From assembly GCA_030390025.1 (NCBI GenBank), contig JASTWF010001160.1:1-64000 (forward strand): a DNA stretch of 64,000 bases, written 5' to 3'. Under the pieces are notes generated by a model. That model was not told the DNA's origin. It searched no databases and saw only the letters and a program-made list of their open reading frames with translations. Positions 49,025-60,735 of the stretch are shown one piece after another. The translations under genes were made by a program, and so were the position numbers. Source of the stretch: Squalus acanthias. Its lineage: Eukaryota. How positions within the stretch are numbered: position 1 is the first letter of the stretch; each line of letters opens with the position of its first letter.

Positions 49025-49599
49025 TTCACCCATTGAGTCACTGGAGCAGTGTTTTAAAAACGTTCAGAGAAATGAACTAGCTCTGTTAAAGCGTATGTTA
49101 ACAGTGTTCGAGGGAAAGAGGTAGTTGCTGATTTGTAGGACTTAGGGGCTAATAGGAAAGTATGCTTACACGTATGAAGTACGGAAACTATTTTTTTCTG
49201 GTTAATTCCCATACCCTTGGTATAATTTGTTGTGGAGGGCACTGAAATAGGATTTATGTTCCCATTTGTGAGACGGTCATAAATGTCAGGTCTGCTTTCT
49301 ATGTGGAGGCTCAAACCGTATTTCACTGTTCTCTGTGGCATATCCCTCATTCAGTTGTTATTTTTGTTTGTTTAGTGTATTTTGTGCTTGTCAAGGTGAA
49401 TGATGACCATGCAGGGAGAGGAACATACTCCAAATTTGCATGTTTTCTACATCTTATCATCTTACACTCTCATTGTGGTTGATTAATGTGCTGGAGTTTT
49501 CTCTCGATTGCTTTTGGAGGTCAGGGAGGAATTATACAGAGTTGTTTGCTTTCTTTGTGGGTGGGGCATCTTTCGCTCTGTTCGTTCTCCCACTCAGGA

Positions 49600-49720
49600 T
49601 TACAAAGTATTACAAAATATTTACAGCACAGAAACAGGCCACTCAGCCCAACAGGTCCATGCCGGAGTTTATGCTCCACGTGAGCCTCCTCCCACCCCTC
49701 TTCATCTAACCCCATCAACA
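49600..49720 (-). mobile_element. CR1-type 3' UTR fragment
   Basis: acagcacagaaacaggccactcagccc stem-loop and short tandem tail. Confidence 0.6.
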
Positions 49721-50537
49721 CATCAAGATATTATGTAAATCAGTGTAAGAGAGTCCGTAATTAGACCAAACGGTGCACAGCATATTGGAAAAATTGGCTT
49801 GCTAGCGAGAACAGCCTTTTATTGTTCTGTGACTTCTATGTGTATTATGGAGGTTGTAAGTATGCTTGTAGGCACTTGTGCACGGCTCGCTTCATTGGAT
49901 GCAGTGCATTATGGGATATACATAGGTGTGTGAAATTTCCTGCTTGGACTCTAATCCTACAAATCTGTGGAATTTCCTAAGGCAAAGCTTGAAAATAATT
50001 TTTAAAAATGATTAAAAAAATAAAAGATATGGGCTGCAAAATTCATCTCCGTAGCACCCGTTTTCTTGGCGCTATGACTGCCGTTTTGGATCCAAAATGG
50101 CGTCCGTGGCACACGCGCACACTTCTGGTGTGAGTCGCGCTGGACGCCATCTTGGTCAGAGCGTTAGCACGAGCGCAGTGAGCATCTGACAGAAGTATGC
50201 AGAGTCGGCAGATCGTAACGTCAGTCAGCGTGGAAAGCTGATTTGACACCAGCGCTGCCATTTTGGAACTCAATGCTCCAGCTAACGCCCTCTCTTAAAC
50301 ACACACTGCTGAACATGCATTCAGCAGCAGGAAGGACCCCCCACCAGTGCTATTTAAAGGGATCATCAACTACTTAGTTGCTGATTGATTTCTGCTGGCT
50401 GTTGCTGCATTTGTAGACGTGTTTGGTGGTTTCTAGAGTTCTTTAATGTTGCTAAAGTCTACAGGGAGTGGTGTGGCAGGAGCTGAAGGACTTTGTCCTG
50501 ACTTCAAGAATTCCGCACAGGCCACTTGTTCCCAAGC

Positions 50538-51632
50538 ATGGGTGTGATAGTAGGCATTCCACTTGGCCTGCAGCATGACAGGGAGAATGAGCAGAGGCGA
50601 CACAGAGCAGGACAAGCTGCTGGAAGAGGGAGGTGGAGGAGGGGGAGAAGGGCACTCAGCCGGCGGCCATATCTGCCATGGGTATTCCAGGAGCAATACT
50701 CCTACCTGAACCTCAGCGAGGAACAGTGTGTCAGACGTCTCCTCTTCACTGAGGAGGTCCTCACTGAAATCTGCCACCTGTTGCAGGGAGAACAGCAGCC
50801 TCAGAGCAGGGCAAGGACCACATTGCCAGTGGCTGCCAAGGTGAACGTGGCCATGAGCTTATATGCATCGAGCTCCTTCCAGGCTGGAACAGACGATATT
50901 TGCAACAGCTCCCAGTTCGCCGTCCACTGCTGTATAAGGGAGGTCACTGAGGCACTGTATGCAAAGAGAGCTGAATACATTTCATTCTCTCTTGCTAAGG
51001 AGAAGCCGACAGAGCGCGCACATGGCTTTGCCACGATTGCAGGTTTCCCCATGGTGCAGGGTGCCATTGACTGCACTCACGCCGCATGTCAATTCAATGA
51101 TGTACTGCAACCGGGAAGGATTCCACTGCCTCAAATGACCATACTCAGCGCATCATGCAGGTCAGTGCTCAGTATCCTGGCAGCAGTCAAGATGCCTTCA
51201 TTCTGCGGCAGTCCACTGTACCATCTGCATTTGAGCCACCACTACAAACCAGAGGGTGGCTACTGGGCGACAAGAGCTTTCCGCCGAGCACCTGGTTCAT
51301 GACTCTGGTGCGCAACTCAAGCACACATGGCCAGCATGCATATAATGAAAGCCATGCTGCCACACGGAATATGATTGAACAGGCCATTGGTGTGCTTAAA
51401 CAACGCTTCCGCTGCTTGGACCTCTCTGGAGGAGCCCTGCAGTACTCGCTCTGCTGCATGCTCCACAACCTTGCCATCATGAGGGCACAGCCCTTGCTAC
51501 CAGGAATATGGTGACCATCTGAGGAAGAAGAGGAGGAGGAGGAGGAGGAGGAGGAGGAAGGGAGGAGGCAACCAACACAACCCCTTTCTGGCCGGGCTGT
51601 CCATCATTGATTCATCCGACTGCGGTACCAGT
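50538..51632 (+). pseudogene. Harbinger DDE transposase (HARBI1-like), disrupted
   Basis: RRPYLPWVFQEQ, GFPMVQGAIDCTH, SSQDAFIL, LLGDK, RNMIEQAIGVLKQRF; frameshifts and deletions. Confidence 0.9.
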
Positions 51633-51804
51633 GAACGCAACCCCAATTCCCCACTCACCGATAGTCCCACATCTCACCTTCCCTCTCTTACTGACAATCA
51701 CAGCATCCTCTTGGCCACAATGCTACAATAAAAGCCACCACAAAATAAACATTCCAAATGAAATTTATAAATCAAACCATTCCAATATTTCATTCAAAAC
51801 TCAG

Positions 51805-52752
51805 CTAATCCCCCTTGTGCATTCCTTTAGTGCCTGTCTTCCATGTGCCTTTGCCTGTCCTAGTGCTCCTATGAAGTGTTACCCCAGTGGCTGCAGCATG
51901 GCTGGTGGAAGGCTGCTGACTTTCTGTGGAGGAGACTGCAGATGGCCTTGCAGGACGACCTTGAGTAGCTCTTTGCCTAGTCGGCCCGGCTGCGGACTGC
52001 ACCGTCTCGGCATGGACGGCAGCAGTCTGGGCTGGCTGACAGCCAACAGCAAGGGCAATGGCAGAGTGGCAGTGGTGGGAGGACGAATGCTGTCATCCTG
52101 AGAGAGGACAGCAGATTCATGCACCACGGAGCCACTGTCACTCCCCCGGGGCGGCGCCTCAGCAATCCTAATCATCTGTTGGAGGACAGATTGTTGGACT
52201 GCTGTGACAGCCTGCAAGCCCCTTTCAACACTGGTAACCCCAGCCATGATGGCAGCAGTCTGAGCTTGCGTCAAAACAAGCTGAGCTTCCACTGCAGCAC
52301 CCAGTTGAGTGGTTTCTGCTTGTGCTGTAATAGAAGCTGAGACATTGGCCATCAGACGCTGCATGAGGGTTGGGTCCACAGGTGCGCTAATGGATCTGCC
52401 TACCCCTTCCACACTGAAAGGCTGGGCTCCAAGCTCTGCGCAAAGCCCTGTGCAAGGTTGGTGCTGGACTCCTCCATGCTCCTTGACATTGCACTCAGAC
52501 TTTCTGGCAGGCCTGCCAATGTACCAAGCATTTCATTGTGCACACCCATCAGCCTTCTTCTGTAGGCCACCCCATTGAAGTGCTCATCTGAGTCCTGAGC
52601 AGCAGAACTAATGTGCGACCTTAACCTCTGGGGAGATAGCACCTGCACTACCCTTTCCCCCTGCCCTGGCTGCAGCCACTTGTGACTCACCATGTGCAGA
52701 TCCTGCATTTATGCTACCCTCCAGTGCTGCCTTGGAGCCCGCTTTCTGGCAT
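51805..52752 (-). pseudogene. Harbinger Myb-like gene remnant (mainly last exon)
   Basis: Homologous to 24459-25400 (ESQQPSTSHAAATG...HKGD). Confidence 0.7.
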
Positions 52753-53033
52753 GTTGTGCCATTCCTGTGTATTTCACAGGTGAAACTCACTTCTGCAAAA
52801 ACTTCCAGCGCCTGCTCTCATCAAACTGCACCTCCCCTTTAAGAGGTGCAGGCTGGCTTTAAGAAGTGCTGGCTAGCTTTAATTGGTGCTAGCCTCGCAC
52901 GAACTTGGGCCCCCTGCTGAGTGTGCAGCCACTCTGCAGCATGCAGCCCAGTGCTAAATGCGCTGCTATCATGTTAAATACCAGGCAAAACAAAGTTTGG
53001 AAAGGGCATGGGTTGATCGCGCATCATGATCCC

Positions 53034-53252
53034 TGACATGAATCTGTCATTCATGACTTATGAAATAATACTGAGTGGCCTGCGGGTGGCGCTGTCCAGG
53101 GAGAGTATAAATACTCGGGCACGGGCCCAGCTTGCGCAGGACATTCTTAACCGGAACTAGTCAAGGACACAACTAGATCTCCATGTTGTAAAACAGTTGA
53201 TTAAAGCTTTGTTTAACGCTTAGACCAAGTGCCTAGTAGTTTTCTTACGTCA
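53034..53252 (+). mobile_element. Solo LTR (219 bp)
   Basis: TGAC...GTCA termini, 5-bp TSD atccc (53029-53033, 53253-53257), TATAAATA at ~53107, ATTAAA at ~53200. Confidence 0.8.
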
Positions 53253-53589
53253 ATCCCCGTGCCCGTTTTCGGGCCTTATCCAATTTCTAAGCCATGATCT
53301 CTCCACAGCATTCAAAGCCTGCTCTCAATAAGTGGAAAGCATTCAATTCCAAACTTGTTATTCATGAGTGTTTGGAGCCAGATATATTGGATGATCACTC
53401 TATGTATTAATTATGAGGTGTCTGGAACCTACTATTCTCTTTAATTATGTTGCTATGCTGCTGCTTTATTGTCGGAAGCAGTTTGAGATTAATACCTGGT
53501 GAGAGCAAGTTAGAGCTGGAAGCACTGAGCTATACTGCCAACTCTGCCTCACTCACTGGCCAGGCAAAGCAGAGCTGCATGTACATACA

Positions 53590-55778
53590 GGTCTAGAAAT
53601 CCGATAACGTGAGAAAACAGGCGGTGCCACCATAGGGCAAGGTTAACTCGCGCCCGTAAAAAGTGCACAGGCAGGACCGTTATTTTCGTGCTGCCTGCTG
53701 ATTTAAATGATTGGAGCGCCGAGCCTATTGTGCAATGTGCTGTTTCAGGTGGTGCGTTCAGCAGGAGGCCCAATGTAGCGTGTCCATAGCATCCCTGGAG
53801 CGAGGCAGCATTTTCTTAAAGCTAGCCTGTCATTTTAGAAAGCAGTCTCGAGCCCTTAAAGGGGAACTGCCTTCTAAAATAAAAAAAAATAAAAATTACT
53901 TAAAAATAGGCAGCCTTTAGCCCTTAGTGCTCAACTCCCTTCTGAAAAAAAAAATTTGAAAATGGCAGTCTTCAACTCTTAAAGCTGAACTGACTTCTGC
54001 ACGTAACAAAATGGTAAAAGTTCCTCAGCACTAACGCAAATGGCTCAACACTGGAAGAGAGGTCCTTTACCGACAGGGGGCCAGGAGGCCCTCCAGAAAG
54101 AAGGATGTGGGACCAGATCACCAAGTCCGTCACTGCCAGCAGTGTCGGGCCCAGGACCTGGCTCCAGTGCCCAATAAAGTTTCATGACCTCACACGAGTG
54201 GTCAAGGTCAGTGAATACATCTTCAAAAGCTGTCTCCTACCAACTGCACTACTAGCCTCACACGCTGCTCAATGCACGACCGCCCCGCCACCCCCTCACC
54301 ATCACGCACCTACCAACAATCTCTACCAAACACAAGGCACACCTCACCCCCTTGAGGAGTCGGTGCTGGCCATTCTTGGCAGGAGCATGGTTGAGCCCTT
54401 GGCCAGCGGTGGGGTTGAAAGAATACAAGATGCTGGTACCCTTATAAGTTATCCTCCTTCTGACATCCCACTTCCCCCTCATCCCACAATACCTTCTGAT
54501 GTACAAGCTGCACATGGTGTAAGCATGCACCTCTTGTTTTCCCGCCCTTCCCTCACCACAACCCTACCCTTGTGCCTTCCTCATTTCAGACACCCAAGAA
54601 ATCCAGCCTGCCCAGCCAGTGGTTGACCAAGAAGAAGAAGAAGAAGAAACACCGTCACTCGATTTCACACTCCCAGCCACCAGCTCCTCGAGGTCATCCT
54701 GCAAGGCCATTTGCAGTGTCCCCCATCGAAAGTCAGCAGCCATGCTGCAGCCACTGGGGTAGCACTGCGTGACATCGGTAGGATAGACAAAGGCACACAC
54801 AAGACAGTCACTAAGGGAATGCACAAGGGAGATTAGTTGATTTCTTGATGTCATATTGGATGCATATATGGATAAAGTTGGATTGGAAAGTTTGCTTTGT
54901 GGTGGCTTTTATTTCAGCATTGTGACCAAGAGGACACTGTGATGGTCAGTAACAGAGGGAAGGTAAGGTGTGGGACAGATATTGAAAGGGGAATTGGGGT
55001 TGTGTTCACTGGTACCACAGGTGGATGATTCCATCCTGGATATCCCGGCCAGAAAGAGGCTGTCTGGGTTGCATCTTTCCTTCCGCTTCCTCCTCTTCTG
55101 CTTCTTCCTCTTCCCTCTGCGAGCAGCTTGTTCCCTTTACTGCCTCTGCTTCATCTCCATGCGCCCCCCACCCCAGGACTGTGAGCAAGTGGTCTTCTCA
55201 GAGGCAAAATACTGCGGATGCTGGAAATCGGAAATAAAAACAGAAAATGCTGGAAATACTCAGCAGGTCAGGCAGCATCTCAACCTGAAACGTTAACTCT
55301 GTTTCTCTCTCCGCAGATGCCATCCAAAGGCATGCAAGCATCCAGCAGCACGCCCTGCACACTTCAACAACTTCTTCAATGTATTGCACCAAGTCACTGC
55401 TTCAATAAAATATTTAAAAAAACAGTCCAAAAGCTGAAATCCAAACTAACCTGAAAGATGTGTGTGTCCCTTTAAGAAGCGCTGACAGAGTCTCTGCAGG
55501 GCTGCTTCATGCACGTTTTTCTGTGCGTATTTAGGACAGGGCGCTATGGCGTGTGAGAACGTCCAAAATAGCAGTCGTGGCGTCAAATCAGGCGTTGCAT
55601 GCCGATTGACGTCACGATCTGCTCATTTAAATTTGAGAGGCCAGCGCTGGCAATGGCAGCGTTACGGCCCTCACCAAAATGGCGGCCGCCGCGTGTCCCT
55701 CGCCGGAAGCAGGGCGGCTGCCATTTTTTTCAACAAACTGATCTTAACAACTGGCGCTACAATGGGGAATTCTTGGCC
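53590..55778 (-). mobile_element. Internally deleted Harbinger transposon, reverse orientation
   Basis: TIR ggtctagaaatc / gaattcttggcc, TSD ACA; Myb remnant on plus strand (MWDQITKSV..RTWLQC..KFHDLTRVVK) ~54040-54835; transposase remnants on minus strand. Confidence 0.85.
55203..55321. mobile_element. Penelope-like family B inverted remnant inside Harbinger
   Basis: Minus arm ...cagcaggtcaggcagcatct joined to plus arm acctgaaacgttaactctgtttctc; apex deleted. Confidence 0.7.
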
Positions 55779-55949
55779 ACAGAGTCTTCTCATCAGCACC
55801 TGAATGCCAGTCGAATGTTTAATCACAGCAAGGTGGCAATACGGCAGTTGGCTCTCTGCAAACAATGAAAAAGTCAGTCTGTTGGTTGGCTTTGCTGATA
55901 CACCAGGTGCAAAGCCAAACAGTGTGAAACTACCTCCTTAAAATAAAAC

Positions 55950-56175
55950 TCTGAAGTAAAAACAGAGAATGCTGGAAACACTCAGCAGGCCAGGCAGCAT
56001 CTGTGGAGAGAGAAACAGAGTTAACATTTCAGGTCGATGACCTTTCGTCAGAACTGGAAGAAGTTAGAGATTTAACAGTTTTGAGCAAGTACAGAGCCAG
56101 GGAAAAGGGGGAGGGGAGAAAAGAACAAAAGGGAAGGTCTGCGATAGGGTGGCGAGCAGGAGAGATTAAATGACA
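55950..56175 (-). mobile_element. Penelope-like family B 3' fragment
   Basis: Same arm as 4516-4614 plus upstream sequence. Confidence 0.75.
56019..56055 (-). ncRNA. Minimal hammerhead ribozyme motif (family B)
   Basis: Minus strand AGUU-CUGACGA-A-AGGUC-auc-GACCU-GAAA-UG-UU-AACU. Confidence 0.68.
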
Positions 56176-56534
56176 TTTGGATCTGTGCCACGGGGCATCT
56201 TCAAAGCTATACAGATGAGAATGTTCAACGTGAAGTCAAGTCCTTTGATGACTGGACTGTTCCGTGTTCTCGGAATAACACTGGTCGACAAACTGACTTT
56301 CCCAGTGTTCTCTAAAATATTCCTGTTTCCCATTCAAATGCTGCGGGCAATTTTCTGTAAAAACACCCCTGCAGGCAGTTTTAAACTATTTAAACCACTG
56401 CTGGAAGCGAAACCCATAAATAAATAAATAAAATGGAAAGAAAACACAAGATCAATAATAACAGCTGGTTGGTTTTTTGCTTTTGTTGCAACTCACGCTA
56501 TTTCAAAATGGCTCGTCATCGCAAACTTATACAG

Positions 56535-56890
56535 AACCTGGAGTTGTTCGATCCTCGGCCTGTGCTGAGTCAGCCAATCTCAGCCGGGGGGTGGGGGGGC
56601 GGGGGGGGGGGCAGTAGTGGGGGGGGCAACTGCAATTGGCCTCAGCGCTCATGGCTCGGGATGTGGACCGAACATCAGCCAGGTTCCCTGCTCTCTCAGT
56701 TGCTATCCAGTGGTAGCTGCTGGAAACTGTGCAGGTGTGTGCGTGTCAGGGGAAAACAAGATCGAACTTGACCGTGAAGAATGAAAAAAAAGCCCCCCCC
56801 CCCCCCCCCCGCCTCCCGGGCAAAGCACTGGACCGTCATTGTTCCTTGTGAAACTGTATCTCAGTCAGTGCCTTCAGGACAGGAGAGGGA
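56535..56890 (+). mobile_element. Old SINE family B copy
   Basis: gttcgatcc B box, tgtgctgagtcagccaatctcagccgggg, gtgccttcagga end. Confidence 0.6.
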
Positions 56891-58006
56891 AATATTTGGT
56901 GGGAACAAACAATAAGAAATGTCAGTGTCTCCGTCTGTGTGGTGTTATCGCTACCGGGCCTTGGGGACATTTTCCGAAGGGAGCCATAATTAACACCGTG
57001 GAGATGCACTTTTAAATACGCTGACAGATGTTTATTTAAATCAAATACAGCGAGCATTAACATTTTAATAATCAGAAAACTGATTAGGCAGGTCCCTGTT
57101 ATATTACCCCATATAGATTTTCTTTTTTTTTTGTCATGTTAATGTAATTAATCTTAAAGATAGGTGGTGCCTGTGTTTGTGAACATTTCTGATGATAATC
57201 CACTTTGCTTCATTTAATATTCAGGTGGACTCAAATTATTCAGTGGAAGACTCATTCCATACTTATTCTCATTTTATAAACACATATTCCTTTATTATTG
57301 TGTGTTTGAAAACTTCATTAGACGATGATATGGCTGCTCAATGAATGCTATCTGACAGGAATAAGCTAAACGTCTCTGGGAGTTCCTGGTCACATAGTTA
57401 AATAAACATTTTGAGAATTATATTATAGCTCCACTCACAAGTGATAGGAAATTAGTTTATTTGTTATCCCAGTACTCCTGGCCAATAAGCATTACATATT
57501 TACAAAGTCTGAGCAGGCTGCTGGATCCTGGATTATTTATGCTGTCAACCAAGATCTATTTTCATGTTAACTTTTAATCCAAAGCATTTTCTTAACTATC
57601 TTTTGCCGTATCGTTTGGGTAACTTTTCCCCATTTCTGCACAGTCATACCACCTTCTTTTGTTTGTTGACCCGTGCAGCCTGGAAGGTGTTTTACCTTTA
57701 CCCTCCCACCAGTGCTACCAGCGGTTGGCAGCGATTGCCCATAGGCGATTGACTACTCCAGTTTTCCCGTTTTCCTACCTCCTTGAAGGGGAAGGAAGCA
57801 GAGCAGCACTTAAATCAGCTTCTGTTTTTGCTATGAGTGTTAGTGGAAGGACATGCCAGCACTCGTCAGCAGCTTCAGGGAAGGATAGGAGAAAATTGGG
57901 ACGATAAAGCTGACTGTGGAACTATAGCCCAGTTCGAGTCAAACTCAACACCTTCAGGGAACAGGGAGAGATGATTTTGTGTTTGTACCCTCAACACAGA
58001 TATAAA

Positions 58007-58836
58007 GGGGGGGGATTTTAACCCCCAAAAACGGGTGGGTTGGGGTTGGGTGGGAGGTTAAAGTGTTAAAAATCCCGACTCCAGCCCTCCCACTTCCGGT
58101 TTTAATGGAGGTGGGACGGTGGGGGGAGGGGTGCAGGAGGCAAGTTGACAATTTAAATTTTGAAGCTCCATTTTAAATTTAACTCTGGCTGGTCAGGTTT
58201 CCTGGGCCTCGGGGAACCCGCCAGCTAAAGGAAGGTGAGGATTGCTGGATCCAGGAGGTAAGTGCCTTTCCACTTACCTGCTGGATCCAGCGTTCCTGCC
58301 TCGCCAACCTCCCTGCGATCGGACCCCCTTTGACCTTTCCAATTTCCCCCGACTTCCCCTCCCCCCGCCCCCCCACCCTACAAGGCCTCCGATCTCCGAT
58401 CCCCAGCCTCCGACCCCTCCGGCGATCTGCAGCCCCCAACCCCCCCCTCCAACCTCCAGCCCCCGACCCCTCCGATGATCTGCAGCCCCCGACCGCTCCC
58501 CCCCCTTTGCCGATCCCTCCCCCCCCCCCTCTCCTCTCTGTGGCCTGGTACCGCAGGCCTACCTGCCAGCCAGCCAGCCTCTCCATCTGGCTGGTGGCGG
58601 GCAGGAAACAGAGAATCTAGGGGAATCAAGAGATATGGAGATCGGGCGGGAAAGTGGAGTTGAGGTCAATGATCAGCCATGATCTTATTGAATGGCGGAG
58701 CAGGCTCGAGGGGCCGTATGGCCTACTCCTGCTCTTATTTCTTATGATCTTACATTCTTAATCAAAATGTTAACCCGTTCTCCCCAGTTTCCCGACCGCA
58801 TTCCAGTCCCCCCACCTCCAAATTAAAATTCCGGCC
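58007..58836. mobile_element. Harbinger-type MITE with CR1 3' fragment inserted (~58612-58752)
   Basis: Paralog of 17898-18910; flanked by aaa. Confidence 0.78.
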
Positions 58837-58909
58837 AAAATGTTTGAAGTCCCTCTCCCTAACTCTATTAAAGTTATTTCAGTAGCATAACCCATGTTTT
58901 CTGCATAGG

Positions 58910-59560
58910 TTGCCAGCCTAGGCTCAATGGTAGCACTGTCTCTGAATCAGAAAGTTGCGGGTTCAATTACATAACCTAGGCTTATACCCTCAGGGCAGTA
59001 GCAGCGAGTGCTGCACTTCGGAGGTGCCGTCTTTCAGATGAGATGTGAAACCGAGGCGCCATCTGTTCTCTCGGGTGATGAAGTAGCTGAAGGTAGTTGG
59101 GCCTAGAACATTGCTCTGAAGAACTCCTGCAGTGATATCCTGGGGCTGAAATGATTGGCCTCTAACAACCTTTGTTCAAGGTATGTCTCCAGCCAATGGA
59201 GAGATTTCCCCCCTCCCCATTGACATCAGTTTTACTAGGGCTCCTTGTTGCCACGCTAAATTGAATGCTGCCTTAATGCCGAGAGCAGTCACTCTCACTT
59301 CTTGATGTTAAGGCGTTAGTTATTAACCTCGGCACTGAATTTTCATCAACATAGGCCAGGAGTTTCCTTGGAGCCTCTCCTGCTCCACTGCCAGAAAACG
59401 CATTTACGTGCGTAAACAAAGTTACGGTGATGGAGTGGGAGCAGCTCCAACAAAATTCCCAGCCATAATATTTTTTCCTGTATAACAACAGTGATTGGAC
59501 TTCAAAGTAATCCATTTGGGTGTATTGAGACATTCTGAGGGTGTAATAAGGTCTTATATC
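58910..59560 (+). mobile_element. Fragmented SacSINE1-like SINE with nested LINE piece (~59076-59310) and MITE (59331-59464)
   Basis: Head 58910-59078, tail ~59480-59560. Confidence 0.6.
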
Positions 59561-59889
59561 AACGTTAGCTTGTTCTTTCTTCAGAAGCCAAGCCGTGATG
59601 CTACCTGTGACCCTTATCAGGAACCTGAATATAATCTTCAACATCACTTTGATAAGCCTAAAAAAAGAGCATTCGTCAAAATAATTCAGCACACAACTTG
59701 CATACCCAAGGAACTGGTGACTTATGCTGTTGTTTGTGTTATCGGTCAGGCTCCCACGGTGTGCTGATCCAAAGTGCGGCCGAACACTGCCTTGCTGCGC
59801 GGAGCTTGCGAGGAGCAGGTCTCAGGAAACTGAACAGGGGTGAGCCCGGGCCTTAGCAACAAGACACTGAGTGCGTGTCTCAGAAAAAG

Positions 59890-60243
59890 AAAGAAAGACT
59901 TGCATTTATATAGCGCCTTTCACGACCACTGGACGTCTCAAAGCGCTTTACAGCCAATGAAGTACTTTTGGAGTGTAGTCACTGTTGTAATGTGGGAAAC
60001 GCGGCAGCCAATTTGCACACAGCAAGCTCCCACAAACAGCAATGTGATAATGACCAAATAATCTGTTTTTGTTATGTTGGTTGAGGGATAAATATTGGCC
60101 AGGACACCGGGGATAACTCCCCTGCTCTTCTTCGAAATAGTGCCATGGGATGTTTTACATCCACCTGAGAGAACAGACAGGGCCTCGGTTTAACGTCTCA
60201 CCCAAAAGATGGCACCTCCGACAGTGCAGCACCCCCTCAGCAC
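59890..60243 (-). mobile_element. SacSINE1-like SINE, 5'-truncated
   Basis: Family match. Confidence 0.88.
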
Positions 60244-60244
60244 A

Positions 60245-60735
60245 GGCCCCAAATTAGAGCCGCCGGGCCCAGCACCATTTAATCGCAGCTCCAGCTCCAG
60301 CGCCTCCCAGTTGCTTCACCCATTTCCACTGAGTCTGATATTATTTCCCTCTTTTGAATGCACCGCGACCCTGGGGAGCACGCGCACTCTCAGCGGGGAA
60401 ATCAGCGGGGCAGATAGAGCGGTTGCTGGGGCGCAGAGAATTGTGGGTCCTTCGGCCGCCATTAGTCAACGGCCATCCGAGACAACGCTTGCCAGGTTCC
60501 AGGGCTCTTGCCAAACGCCGTTCCAATTCGGATCAGCTCCGTGAGCTTCCTGGGCCATTCTCTCAGCGCTGTGACTTTTTCCCGCCATGTTTAGTATTGG
60601 GCCCCTCTCCTCCCCTCCCATCCTGCTCCCGCTGTCCTGCTCCTGCTGTCCAGCGCGCAGCCTGTGAATTTAAGCGCACGGGAGCTTACAGATCCGTGCG
60701 TGGCCGTGCACCCGCGCACCTTAGAGGGAACATAG
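60245..60735. mobile_element. MITE (60245-60603) followed by the right end of a hAT MITE
   Basis: ggccccaaatt...tattgggccc; ttagagggaacatag at ~60721-60735 matches the TIR of 19265-19433. Confidence 0.55.

Larger units (their letters stand above)
50032..53293 (+). mobile_element. Harbinger transposon with deleted Myb gene and solo-LTR insertion
   Basis: TIR ggctgcaaaatt / aatttctaagcc, TSD ATG. Confidence 0.9.
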
